Part shown: positions 10,185-22,695 of the stretch, in pieces
Position numbering within the stretch: the stretch's first letter is position 1
How the letters are laid out: the number at the start of each line of letters is the position of its first letter
Assembly (NCBI RefSeq): GCF_009834535.1
Contig: NC_045704.1
Location: forward strand, 16,678,001-16,742,000
Source: Camelus ferus
Lineage: Eukaryota
DNA: 64,000 nt
Direction of reading: 5' to 3'
Made by a program: the position numbers and the translations under genes
Notes under the pieces: model-generated
Database searches by the model: none
Told to the model about the DNA's origin: nothing
What the model saw: only the letters and a program-made list of their open reading frames with translations

Positions 10185-10254
10185 GGCTTGTTCCCTCTCT
10201 CACTGATGTGGTCTCTCCCTCGACGTGACCCAATGATTAACATCTTAAAATCTG

Positions 10255-10390
10255 CCGCTTTTTAGCTGTGTGACCTCCAATGTGATGTTCCTTCGCTGAG
10301 CTTTAGATTCCTCTCCTGAAAACAAGGAGAGTAATAGCACCTATCATATGGAGCAGTTGTGAAGATAAAATGAGAAACGGCCTCTAAGAG
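10255..10390 (+). mobile_element. MIR SINE fragment
   Basis: TAGCTGTGTGACCT...CTGAGCTTTAGATTCCTCTCCTGAAAA...TAATAGCACCT. Confidence 0.65.
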
Positions 10391-10469
10391 GTCATGGTTG
10401 CCATTCATTTGTGAAATGTGTCTGGCAGTGGGGGTGGTGATTAGGAGCCACACTGCACTTCCTTCCCCC

Positions 10470-11137
10470 TTCCCCGTGGGGTTTGGCAGGGCCCTGTGAC
10501 TAGCTCCATCCAGTGAATTGTGTCAAGTCACTTCCAAGTCACAGCATCTAATCACCGATGTGAAACTTTCCTGGGCTCTCTCCTGTGCACAGAAATGGGG
10601 CATTGTTCAAGCTGGTGGCTGTTCTATGATTATGATGAGCAGAATGCCCTGTGGATGGTGCTAGATGTGGATGGTGAAGGGTGAATCAACTTTTTGGGAA
10701 TGGGTGCTTCTTCAGCAAATACCACTCTTCTCCCTCCCACTGGAGGATGAGTACACTTCCCTGCTCCACTGATGTTGGCTTTGACCATATGCTCAACCTT
10801 GGTGGGGGCCTTTGGTGCACTTGGTTTTTGTTCCCCTGTGATTGACCATGAGAAGAACATTAGCCAGGGAGCCACTGATCCCAGAAGACCGTGGAACCCC
10901 ATGAAGAAGGACTTGAATCCCCCTCCCAGACTGCCACCAATGTACAGTCAGAAGCAGAGCCCCTACAAACCATTAGAAAAAAGGATGCTTGTTGTTACAA
11001 GTCTCAGTTTAGGGACAGTTTGTTACACAGCAGTACTGCAGGACAAATTGACTAATACAACTTTGTGGTTTTAAAGCACTGAGATTAGGGACTTGTTTGT
11101 TACTGTAGCATAATCCAGTCTGCCCTGATTGATGCCA
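10470..11137 (+). mobile_element. MaLR LTRs (MLT1J/K-like), apparently nested
   Basis: Two MLT1 3' termini (..GACTAATACA near 11058 and ..TTGTTACTGTAGCATAA..CTGATTGATGC near 11135). Confidence 0.6.
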
Positions 11138-11694
11138 AGGTGGAGCACCTGCCAATGAATGGCCACGCACTAAGTGGCAGCTATTACGATGATTACTATT
11201 TGCTCAGACACGTTGTCTCTAGAACCAACATTGTCTTAAAGGTGCTAGGCACTGCACTGAGTGCTTTGTAGTTTTCTTTCATTTGACTCAAGACAGCCAC
11301 TATGAGATTGTAACTATTAATATCCACATTTTGCAGACATGAAAACTGAGGCAAAAAGAGGGAGAGGTTAATCAAGAGAGGTGATCATGGACTCTGGAGT
11401 CTGACCCTCCCTAGCTGTTTGACGCAAGGCAAGTGACACTGCAATCTGCATCTCAGTTTGTTCATCTGTAAAATGGGAATAATATTTTCAACTACAGCGT
11501 TTGTTGGGATTATGAAATGAAGTACAGCATGAAAAACACTTAGGACAGGGGACTGGCAGGGAGTAATCCCTTAATAAAAGGTAGGATCTTCCTTCCAGAA
11601 AGAGGGTTCCCAAGGGTTGAGACCCCTGCTTTTGGCATCTCACCTCCCTGAGATGCATCACATCACAAGGACTCAGACGTGCTTGGTTAAACTG

Positions 11695-11700
11695 TTTAAT
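11695..11700 (-). terminator. PINLYP: PINLYP poly(A) signal ATTAAA
   Basis: ATTAAA on minus strand 67 nt after the stop codon. Confidence 0.7.
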
Positions 11701-11767
11701 TTATAGGCACATGGGAAGCTGTAGATGAGGACGAATGGAGATCAAATGCCATAGATGCCCCAGTTCT

Positions 11768-11913
11768 TCACTTAGCCTTGCCAGAAGGCTGGGGGCCTGG
11801 GAGGCAATTGACTTGGCTGATGACATAGGTGTGGGAGGCTGAGGGCACCAGGGTCCCAGGCTTGGTGTGGCAGGTATTCTTTGTAGCACAGCCCTGAGTA
11901 GCAAACTTGATAC
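11768..11913 (-). CDS. PINLYP: PINLYP coding exon 5
   Basis: IKFATQGCATKNTCHTKPGTLVPSASHTYVISQVNCLPGPQPSGKAK*. Confidence 0.9.
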
Positions 11914-14900
11914 CTGGGAGGGGATTTCAGACTGGAGTCAGGGTCTTCATCCAATCCCTCCATCCTCATGACCTGGGGGTCATGCCCCTACCACCTCCTC
12001 ACCCAGTTCTCTGGAGCCACTAACTCCCCTTGAATCTGGAAGTATGGACCTTCAGTTCTGGGGCCCCCATCCCCTCCTCCAGAAAGCCAGGTGCCCCTCA
12101 CCAGCCTGCACTTTGCCAACAAAGGCGACGCAGTGGGTTTCCTGGCCAACGCAGAGGACTTCCTTAGTCGAGGAGCATGTTTCCTTGAAGGGTGCGATGC
12201 AGGTAGGGCACTGGAGGCCGTTCTCAGTACGATTGTTCTGGGGAGCTGGAGAGGAGGGTGGAATGTAAGGTGCACAGTGACATTAAACCCTTTCCCAAAT
12301 TCATAACAACCCCAGGGGACACAGGTTGCTAGTGGACACTGCAATTTACAGGTGAGAAAACAGAGGCTCAGAGCAAGGAAGATGCTTGCCCAACGTTCTA
12401 GCATGGGCCAGTGGTGGGCCAGCACACTGGGCGGACAGGCAGGGACGCCGAGCTGGCGCTTACCAGGCACCGCATCATGGTTGCAGCCGTCGCTCTGGCA
12501 GCAGTGTGTGTTGGACACCATGTAGTTCTCAGGGCCCACAGTGATGGAGAGGAAACCAGTGCTGCAGGCGCTAGACTTGATGCATCCCTTGTGGGTGTTC
12601 ACTGACCGGTAGCTCTCTGCAGGGTGGGGAGGAGGGAGGGTTCGGGGACCCTGGCCTTGATCCCAGACCTCCAGGTGTCTCCCAGCATCACACCTGCCCC
12701 AGCCTGCGGCTGTCTAGGGTGGTCTCCTCCAGCCCCCCAAAGTCATACCCCCTTATCTGCCTCCAAACTACTCCACCCCTTTCAGACTTCGGTGGATCTC
12801 TTGCAGTTCCCACTGGCAAGCCCTGGTACTGGCCTGACAGGGTCTCTTCCCCTGCACCCACCTCACTGCCATCCTCTAAGAATCCCGCCTGTAGTGGTCT
12901 TTTTCCAGGAGCCTCTGGCTACCCCCATGCCTGTGTGAAATGGTCTCTTCCAGCCTTCAAAACCTTCGCTCTCCCCAGTCTTCCATCTCTTCTTTACACA
13001 CCCCATCCAGTCGGGATGGTTCCTTCCTACACTCTACTTTGCCCTTAACCTCAGGTCACAGACTCCATTCTCCCATCCCACCCTGTGCCTGCCCCATCTT
13101 CTCTCTTCCTTTGACTAAGGGTCTCCGGATCTCTTTCAGCTTTGAATAAACCCTCCCCCGGCCCTGCCAGTGGTTTCTTCCTTTGCTCCCTTCTCCCCCG
13201 TCCATTCTCAGGTCTGGGATAGGCCCTTCCATTATGTCTTGCCGCTTCACTCCCATTTTACCCATGCGCCTCCCCACTGCCCCATCTCCAATTCTCTGCG
13301 ATGATTTGCGCCATACTTCAGGATTATCTTCCCTTTTATATCTCTCCTTCTACCCCAATATCATCTCTCCTCCTCCTGTCAGGAATGGTCACTTCCAACT
13401 CGCACTACCCACCATGCCTGGGGTAGTCTCCTCCACCATCGTTTGATCGTTTCCTACCCACTGCCCCAAATGGTCAATGTGATCACAATTCCTTCCAACC
13501 CATTCCATTCTCTTTCTTCTCCTCTATAACCCCCTCCACCTCTTGCATTTCAGACTTTCCCCCTCTCTCGACTTCTCTATTCCCCATATCTTTCCTTTCC
13601 TAATCCCCTCCTGCCTAAGAAAGTCTCCATATCTGCCCCACCCCCCACGTTTCTTTTGGAGTCTTATTCTCCAAAATCCCCGACAACAGTGATTTCTATC
13701 ATCCAATCAAATTCTCTTCATCCACTTCGAGATTGTCTTTCCCTCTTTCCTGCCCGCTCCCCTCGCGAGGGGTCCTCCCAGTGCGCGTGGTGGTAACTGC
13801 GACCCTGAAGGCGCGCCCCGCTCCCCAGGATCTGAAGCCACGCCCTGCCCTCTTTCTTACTTTTGCTTGTCTCAGCCACGATGACCACGCAGGAGTCCTG
13901 ATGGGAGTCGCAAGTCTTCACACTTCCACTGCAGGTGGGTCCGGGGCCCGTACACACCTCACAGCTTAGTGGGTACCCTGCGGGGTAGAGAGAGGGGCTC
14001 TAGTCAAGGGTGGTGTGGTCTGTGGGCCAAGATTTCCACTTCAGAGTCCAGAGGGGGATGGGAGCAAGGGGTCTGAGGGAGGAAGGTCAGGTGTCTCCCT
14101 GATGGTTCACGGGCAGGACATTGACTGCAGTCCAGGGAAATGTCTGAAGCTCTGGCAGGAAGGCAGTGGTGCTGCTAGCAAAGCTGCTTTCAGGGGCGGG
14201 AAGCAACTCCACCATGGAGCCTATTTACCTAATTACAAGGCTGGGGACTTTGGATATGAGGGACCTCTGAGAAAGCTTGGGGACAGGGAGGGGTCCTGGT
14301 GAAGCTTTCCATGGACTTTCAGACAGCTTCAGGTCCAACTGAACATGGGGCCCTCTTCTTCGCAGGTACCCTGAGTAGGTCTTGTGGACGGTAGGAGCTC
14401 AGGCAGGGGTGCCTGAGGCTGGGATCTGCACCCCAAGTCAGGAAGGGAGAGTGAGGGCCAAGAGGGCAGGGGCATGCATGGACTCCTTTGTCCTGACAGA
14501 GGAGGCAACTGGGGATCCGGACATGTGGGTCCTGGGGAAAGTGGGGCTTGCCTGAACTCCTGCATCTAAGGGAGGAGAGGACCAGAGACCTGAACTCCCT
14601 AACGTCCTGGGAGAAAGGAAATCTCTCCTCCTCTCCCAATTTTTTTTTAAAGGTTTCCCTTTCTAATCATGCTATCCTCTGATTTTCTAGAATTCAGATG
14701 CCTTATTTTGAGATCTTGCTGGGGGACAGAGAATTCAGAGCCCATCAAGCCCCCTCCTTTCTCAGGGATTCAATCACAGGAGTTTTTAAGCTATTCCCAC
14801 TTCTGGCCCCAGGTTTTCTTCTTAAGCCTCTACCTTTGCCTTGAATCTGAAATTCCAGGACAGCTCCTCTTCCCCCAGGAGGACTTTGCTGAATGTTGTC

Positions 14901-15021
14901 TCATAGTTTTCTTTCCTAGGGTCCTAGGAGTCCAGACCCCTGGTCACTTACCCAGACCTAGGAGAGCACAGAGCAGTGCAGAGGCCATCAGGAAGGTCTC
15001 AGGTTTCGTGAAGAGCCTCAT
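11768..15021 (-). CDS. PINLYP: Phospholipase A2 inhibitor and LY6/PLAUR domain-containing protein, 209 aa; complement(join(14952..15021,13861..13977,12464..12616,12102..12245,11768..11913))
   Basis: Signal peptide MRLFTKPETFLMASALLCALLGLG. LU domain 1 has 10 Cys (..CCQSDGCN), LU domain 2 has 8 Cys. All introns phase 1 GT-AG, 630 nt in frame, syntenic position. Confidence 0.93.
12102..12245 (-). CDS. PINLYP: PINLYP coding exon 4
   Basis: PQNNRTENGLQCPTCIAPFKETCSSTKEVLCVGQETHCVAFVGKVQA; |gtgagg. Confidence 0.92.
12464..12616 (-). CDS. PINLYP: PINLYP coding exon 3
   Basis: SYRSVNTHKGCIKSSACSTGFLSITVGPENYMVSNTHCCQSDGCNHDAVP; |gtaagc. Confidence 0.92.
13861..13977 (-). CDS. PINLYP: PINLYP coding exon 2
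   Basis: YPLSCEVCTGPGPTCSGSVKTCDSHQDSCVVIVAETSK; ccccgcag| and |gtaaga. Confidence 0.92.
14480..14617 (+). repeat. Four degenerate MSR1-like units (about 35-39 nt period)
   Basis: G(G/A)ACTCCT..GTC(C)TG..GGAGGAG..GGGG units starting 14480, 14519, about 14553, about 14591. Confidence 0.55.
14952..15021 (-). CDS. PINLYP: PINLYP coding exon 1 (signal peptide)
   Basis: Acceptor at 15037/15036, ATG 15021, donor G|gtaagt. Confidence 0.9.
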
Positions 15022-15979
15022 GATGGACGAGTGAACCTGCAATCCCAGATCCTCAGCTCCCATCTCTTATAGGAAGCTGAGGAGGGGGTGGGTCTGGACC
15101 CACCTTACCCCTAGGGTGAGAAAGAGCTGACGTAAGATCTGGGAGCAGGCAGCTCTGGGTTGGGGAGGTGGAACCAGAATCCAAAAGGGACGTGGGCATC
15201 TTGTGCCCAGCCCCCTCCTCCACGGGGGCCCAGTCTGGGCTTCCAGCCTGCTCTTCCATTGGGACCCAGAAGGTCATTTCCCTATTTTCTCACATTCCCA
15301 TCCCCCTTCCCACCTACCCCTCTTTTTTTTTTTTTTTTTTTCTGGCCTGAAGGCCAAGTTCAGAATTGAATCATTTGATTCCCTGTAAGGTAGAGTCTTT
15401 GCAAAGACTGAGATCCCTTTTTCCTTCTCTCTTCCCAAAGAGGTGCCCAGCGTGGGTGGGGCCCTACCTGGGAGCACCCAGCATGTCCAGGCTCGTTCTG
15501 CGGGGGCACGGGCACCTGTCTCCCTTCCCTTTCTCACACAGTTGGCTCAGACTCCCTTTTCTGTGTTTGGGCTGTCTTCGGCTCCGACCTCACCCCGAGA
15601 TGCACTTCTGGGTCTCTCGGGTACTGAACAGAGAGGTGCCTGTCAACTGGCAGGGGCAGGCGTGGTAGAAGACAGATGCCCACAGGTCACATTGGAAAAC
15701 TGAGGCACAGTTGGAAGCACTCAAGGCTGGGTGTGTGTGTCTGGTTTGGGCACATGCTTTGTGTTTTATTTAGCTCCTTTACCCACTCTCCTTTGGCCTC
15801 AGGCGTAATCTTGAAAGGTTTTTTTCTGTGTGTGGTGGTGGGCGGTGGGGGATTAGCCAGCAACCAGTGGAGGGGATCCTGTGGTGGTAGGCTCCAGGCT
15901 CCCTGCAAAAATTCACTCAGGTTTGCAATCCTCTTGCTTTCTGGTCTTCGGTTTAGGTGGTGAGAATGGTGAGAATGGC

Positions 15980-16400
15980 TAATTTCTCCTGGGGACCAAT
16001 CCCGGAGGCCGCTCCGGTTGCTCGGCGCGCTGAAAGCATGGTGTGACTGTCACCGGGAGGAGGGGCTAGAGAGAGGTTTGGCCCGAGGGAGGAAGGAAGA
16101 GCTCGTTGCTAGGGAACTCAGCGCCTCTCCCCCTCCTCCGGAGAGCCGCACTGGGCTTGCGCAGTGTTGACGCGACCTCCGGCGCGCCGCTGTTTGAAAG
16201 GCCCGAGGCTCGCGCGCTTGCGCAGTTAAGCCCGCGCAGGGACCACTCCATGTCCGCCCCCTAAACTCAGACTCTCCTGCATCTTTCTGGCCAGGCGAAG
16301 CCCGCGACGTTGACATGCCGGAGATCCGCCTCCGCCATGTAGTGTCCTGCAGTAGCCAGGACTCGGTGAGGGACCGGCGTGGGGGAGGTTGGAAGAAGTA
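15980..16400. promoter_or_regulatory. CpG-island promoter of XRCC1 (divergent to PINLYP)
   Basis: CpG-rich; NRF1-like GCGCTTGCGCA 16214-16224; 5'UTR end GGCCAGGCGAAGCCCGCGACGTTGACATG matches remembered human XRCC1. Confidence 0.8.
16315..16365 (+). CDS. XRCC1: XRCC1 exon 1
   Basis: MPEIRLRHVVSCSSQDS|gtgagg. Confidence 0.95.
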
Positions 16401-19400
16401 AGGGAATTCACGAGGGGGCTCTGGGAGAACTTTGGGAGTCTAAAAGGTGTTGAACAATAATCAGTGTGGGGCTGCAAAGAACAAAGAACTTTATTTGGGG
16501 GGCTTAGGAATTGCAATTCGGGAGACACAGATTCCTGGAAAACGGAGAGTATTGGGAACGAGAAAGAGTCGGGCTTCTGAGGACAAAGGCCACAGCGTTG
16601 TCAAAGTTTCTGGAGAGAATTGTGGTTGACTCATACATGTAAAGAAATATTTGTCTTTAAAGAATAGGCTGTCATGAGTTACTTTAGGGTAAAGGGTCCC
16701 ATAAATAGATAGGCTGTCTGGAGTTACCTTATGGTAAGTATTTGATAAGTATCTTGAGTTTCTGGCAGGTGTTCTAGATGCCTGTGTTAATGCAGTAAGT
16801 GGTCAAAAGGTCACATTCCATCCAGGCTGAGACCTGCAGAGTCACAATTCCTCAGAGGCTCCATTTTAGAGGGCTCTTAGCCATACCGACTTCATTTTGA
16901 TTTTCCTTTTATAAATGGGACTTCGTGAAATTCTGAGGAGGATCGTGGGGGAATTTCTCAGAGGCCATAAGGGAATTCTGGGAGAGATGTGGAATAGAGG
17001 AACTTCTAGAGAGAATAGGAGAGATAGAGGAGCTTCCTTAGAGGGCTCATAGGTGAACTTCCAGGAGAAAATGCTGTAGGGGACTCAAGGCCGAGTGCGG
17101 GGGAATTAATAGGGAAACTTAAATCTCGGGGATCTCAGAGGACTCAAAGGAGAAATCTGGGAGCTGGGAACCTAGCTCTCATCTCTGTACCTAACTTTCC
17201 CTTTCCCACTCTTCTCTCCAGGCCCACTGTGCAGAAAACCTTCTCAAGGCAGACACTTACCGGAAATGGCGGGCCGCCAAGGCGGGTGAGAAGACCATCT
17301 CTGTGGTGCTCCAGGTGATCCTGCCCTTCCCCTCTCTCCTTCTTAATAGGAGTCTGGAGACCCAGGGTCCAGACTCTGCTCTTGGGTTAACCAGCAGTAG
17401 ATTGAGGCTGAGGCACTTTCCCTTGGGGCCTTATGTGGAAAATGAGCAGTGTGATTCTTGTGGCCCTTAGCAGAAGAGAACAGTGATCAACGGACTAGGC
17501 CAGGGATGACTATAGGAGTCAGCATGTGGCCCAGGTGGGTTGCCGCTACTTTCTGGGCTTCCACTTCCTCACCTGGAACAGAGTGAATCATTGCCATGTA
17601 TCCTGCTTTCTAAAGTCAGTGGGCTCAGGGCTGGAAGTTGTCTCAGAAGATCATCTAAGCTGATCAATAGCTCTTTCTAAAGATGGGGAAACTGAAGCAT
17701 AGGGAGGGGAGAAGTGAAGTGGCTGGTCTAAGCTATCAGTTCTGGGATGCTGAGGGCTTTGGTACATGCTCTTATGGAATCCGCACCACAGACCGTGAAG
17801 TTGGAGGAAGGCAAAGTGGGAAGGGTAATTTGACCAGAGATGGTTACCAAATTCCAAACAGGCTGTTCCTGTCAGGCATAAGAAACTGGTGAGAGAAGAG
17901 AGCTAAGTATGTTTTAAGCATCTGTTCTTTGCCAGGTGCGGCCTGGGTGTTTTACCTGCGTGATCTGGTTCTTCACGGAGCGGGAGGACGTAAGGGCTGT
18001 TTTCACCACTAATAAATGGCGGTGCTAAGACTGGAACCCACTGTTGGTGCTCTTAACCACTTTGTCATACTGCCTTGTGTTCATACACTGAGTTGGCTTT
18101 CTTGATTTTGGCCACATTTCTTCCTCCTGAATGTAGGGGTGTTTGAGGAGGGATGTTGGGAGCAAGACTTACATGATTGTGTTGGACATATTTTTGTCTC
18201 TTTCTCGCCCAGTGGTTTTGAAAAACTTTGGGTTCACAGATCCTTTTGAGAATTAGAGAGAAGCTGAGGATTCTCTTCCCATGAAAAATCCACAGACCTA
18301 TAAGACTTTCTGAATAATTTTAGGAGTTTAAATACCTCTCAGGCCTCTCACATAGTAATAATAATAAGAGCTAAGATTTATTTGACAGTGTAACCACCAG
18401 TCACCATTCTCAACGGTTCACATGGTTTAATTCATTGAATCCACATAAAAACCCCATGACCGAGAGTCTATTGTTATCCCATTTTATGATGAGGAAACTA
18501 GGCCCAGAGAGGTTATACAACTTACTTAGAGCCAATATTTCAAACTGAAAAACAGGTTGCTGACAGTTTAGTCTTAGGACCTGGATTCAAGTTCCCATCT
18601 CTCCCTCTTACTCACTCTGTGACCTCGGGCACATGGGTTCATTTCTCTGAAACTGTTTTCTCATATGTCCGTTGAGAATAATGCAACCGAAGCCCAGGGT
18701 TAGGTGACATAATGTTTGCAAAAGTGATCTGTCAACATGCAGGTGTTTGTGTAAAGGGAGGGATTCATGGTTTTTATTACTGGGCGATGATTCTGCTGGG
18801 CTCTCTTATAAAATCAGGAAAATCACATTTGGTTCTCCACCCCAGTTGCAGTGGGAGCAGAGAGGAGACAGGATATGAGTGAGGGAGCCAGAGGGGCCAG
18901 GCCAGGCACGGGAGTCTCTGGCCTGGGGGACTGAGGGAGCTGTTGCAGCTGTCACCAACATGGGAATCCTAGGGAAGGGACAGCTGGAGAAGGTGACCCG
19001 TTGGTTGGGACGTCCAGGTTTGATGTGACTTTGGGACATCCAAGGGGTGACATACAGGAGGCAGTTGGGAATTGAGCATGGAGCTGGAGACAGCTGTAGG
19101 AGTTGTCAGTGCAGGGACAGGACCTGTAGACCCAGAAGTGGGTGGAGTCATTGGTTTATTTGTTTATAAATGCGCCTTCTATAGGCCCATCACTGGGGCA
19201 CAGTCCAGTGGGCAGCACCAGGCGAAAATATGTCCTGTGGAGCTTTCATGTTAGCAGGGGCACATTGACAAATCAGGAAGTAAAATGTGTGTCAGAGGAT
19301 GAGTGCTGTGGAGGAAATTACATGTTTAAGGGGATGAGGAATGCCTCCAGTGGGAGAAGAGGCAGTGGTGAGAGGTTTTTGTCCAAATAGGGACTTGGGG

Positions 19401-22400
19401 AAGGCCTCCCTGAGAAGCTGACATTGAGCAGTGAACTCTGTGAATATCTGTGGAATAAACACAGGCTGCGAGGCAGGCTGATGTTTTGCAGGCTGGTGCC
19501 TGGCTGGTAGATTGGTGCCTGAGGGGCTTGAGGGACAGCAAAAAGGTGGTGTGAGTGGAGCAGAGTTAGCCGGCAGAGCGAGGTAGGAACTGATGGGGTA
19601 GAGGGTAGAGGGCCCCCAACATGCGTAAGGCCTGAAAGCCATTGTAAGGATTTAAGCTTTTACTCTGGACGAGATGGGAACCATGGAAGGCCTCTGAGCA
19701 CAGGAGGAACAGAATCTGCTTTAGGTTCTTGCAGACTCTTCTGATTTCCAGGTTGAGAACAAACTGCAGGGGACAAGCGCAGTGTAGGCAGCACTGTAGT
19801 GGTTGTTAATTTAATTCATGTTGGAGACCCTTTGGAAAATCTGACGGCAGTTGCCAGTATGCAGGGTGACTCTAAATTCACCGGATGCTAATTTTGGTTC
19901 TCTTCAAGCAAATGATAAGCAGAAATTTTTGGACATAAGACACGTAGGCTAATCTGTGGGTTCTCCTCCTATCCTGTATTTTTTCCTCCAAATAATAGTT
20001 CACAATATCTGTATATTACCCCCTGGGGTTCAGCCCCCTGCTTGTGACAGCGCCACACACTTTTTTTGTTTGCAGTGGCTGAAAGAGGCTCGCCAACCCA
20101 TCGCCTGCTCCCGAGAGGGACAGTTCCAACCTCTTTGCTAACCACCCCTGGGCCAGAGAGGGTGGCTGGGGTGCAGCCCAGGTGTAACTCCAGTGCCCTG
20201 CTGGAGGTGTATTCTTTAGAAGAAATGTTCAGTGTCTGTCAGTGGTTTACTCATCACCCATCGTGGTGTTTTTAAATGTTTTACCTTCTTCTGACATGAC
20301 GCCAGTGTACAGCCAAGCACACAGCCCAGCGAATCATCACAAACTGCAGCCCATGTACTCCACGCCCAGATCAAGGAACTGAACACGCCCCCTCCGCCTT
20401 CACCTCATCCCCTTGTGCTCCTTCCTGTCACCACTCCCTGAAGAGGGTAACCACGACCCTGAATTTTGACAGCATCGATTAGCTTTGCCTGGTTTTGAAC
20501 TGGACATAAACAGAAACACACAGTATAGAATATTTTTATGTCTGTCTGCTCTGCTCCCGCCCAGCATTGTTTGCTAGTTTCATCCTCCTTCCTGGGTGCG
20601 GCTAGAGAAGTTTCATTCTCATTTCTGGATAGTATTCCATTGTTGGAGATAACCACTGTGGTTTTATTAACCTTACTTTTCAAATGAGTGTTATATGTAT
20701 GTGGTGCATAACCTAGAAGGCACAAAACGGAGGGTAGACACTGAAAAGGAAAGCCCCCTCCCCACCTGCTTCCATTCCCTCCTGCCCTTTTTCCGGACCT
20801 TCTGCTACCCAGGTCTTCCCTCCTGTGGTAACCACTGTGAGCAGTTTCTTGTGTGGCCCCCCCGGATCACTCTTTCCACATGCAAGTGTACATATCCACC
20901 CCTTTTTAAAAGTACATAGTATGTACATGGTTCCCTCCCTTGTTTTTTTTCCAAGTCACTGTATCTTGGAATCCATTGTCATTGCACCAATTTCTACCTT
21001 ATTCTTTTAAATGGTGCATAACGTTGCCTTTCATGGATGTGGAACAGTTTTTTTTTTAACAAGACGTCTCAGGGACTTTGCAAACCTTCCATGTTCCATT
21101 TGTTTTGCAGTCATGCATTTTGTCTTCCTGGGAAAGGCGCGCACACAAACCTGGGCCACAAATGAGTCATCTTGTGCGTAAGCCCTTCTCCTAACAGCTG
21201 ATACTGAACACTCACCTCTTTTTTTTCTTGAAATAAAAATCACATTACATAAAATTTATTATTTTAACCTTCTAAAGTATATAATTTGGGGATTTTTAAT
21301 ATACTGATAGTGTTCTGTGAACATCACCACTATTCTAGTCTGGAACACTTTCATCACCCCAAAAAGAAACCAGTAACCATTAAGCTGTCCCTCCCTATTC
21401 CCCTTTCCCCAGGTTGCCCTTGGCAGCTACTGATCTACTTTCTGTCTCTATGGATTTGTCTATCCTGGACATTTCATTTAAATAAGATCATACGATATAT
21501 GGCCTTTTGTGTCTGAATTCTTTCACTTAGGTTCATATTTTTGAGGTTCCTCCATGTTGTAATTTAGATCAGTGCCTTATTCCTTTCCACAGCTGAATAC
21601 TGTTCCATTGTAGGTAAATACCAAACAATGTGTATCCATTGATAAGCTAATGGACATTTGGGTTGTTTCCATGTTTTATCAGAAATTTTTTATTTATCAA
21701 AAAGAAGAAAGACAAGAGAGTATATGTGTGTTTAAAGTAGAAGTTGTTGTATATGAAAAAAGAATTATTCATTTAAAATACAAATATATACATCCTAGTA
21801 GATGGAGGGTCCCATGGTTTATAATGTGGGAGAGGTAGAGATGTTGAGTTTTTACCTCAAGGATTGAAATAGGGGATTTGGAAAGGAGTTAGGGTCTGAA
21901 TTTCTCTACCAGTCATTAGCTGAGTGTGATGTGTGAGCTATTTATTTACCTGTCTGAGCCTCAGTTTCCCATCTGTAAAGCTGGGAGAGTTACAGAGCCT
22001 TCCTCCCAATGTAGTTGTGAGGATTCAGTGATGCCTGGCCCAGGGAGAGCTTAGCCAAGTGTGGTATACAGGATAATGGTCCCCCTAAAAGGTGTCTACA
22101 TCCTAATCCTCAGAACCTGTGAATATGTCCTTTACATGGCAAAAGGGACTTTGCAGATGTGGTGAACTGAGGATCTTGAGATGGTGAGATTGGCCTGTGT
22201 GATTGGGGGTGGGGGGCAGTGTCATCACAAAGGTCCTTATGAGGGAAGGAGGGCAGGCAGGAGAACCAGAGTCAGATGAGATGTGATAACAGAGGCAGAG
22301 GTTGGAGTGATGTCATTGCTGGCTTTGAAGATGGAGGAAGGGGTCACAGCCGAGGAACAAAGGCAGCCTCTAGAAGTTAGAAACAAGACGAGGAAACGAT

Positions 22401-22663
22401 TCTCCCCTAGAACCTCTAAAAGGAATGAAGGAGCCCTGTGACATCTTGACTTCAGCCCAGTGAGGCCACATTTCAGACTTCTGACCTCCAGATCTGGAAG
22501 ATATGTTGCTTTTAGCCAGTAAGTTTGTGGTAATTTGTTAAAGCAGCAGTTGGAGACTAATATGCCTAGCACCTGGCACACAGTGAGGATTTTTTTTTTT
22601 AATTGAAATATAGTTGATTTAAAGTATTGTGTTAGTTTCAGGTGTACAACAAAGTGATTAGGT

Positions 22664-22695
<32 letters not shown>

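Noticed and set aside
12700-13720. Strong purine/pyrimidine skew in PINLYP intron 2 (similar at 48480-48800 and 16400-17170)
   Set aside because: No clean periodicity or mirror symmetry could be shown by eye; consistent with ordinary low-complexity intron in a GC-rich isochore.
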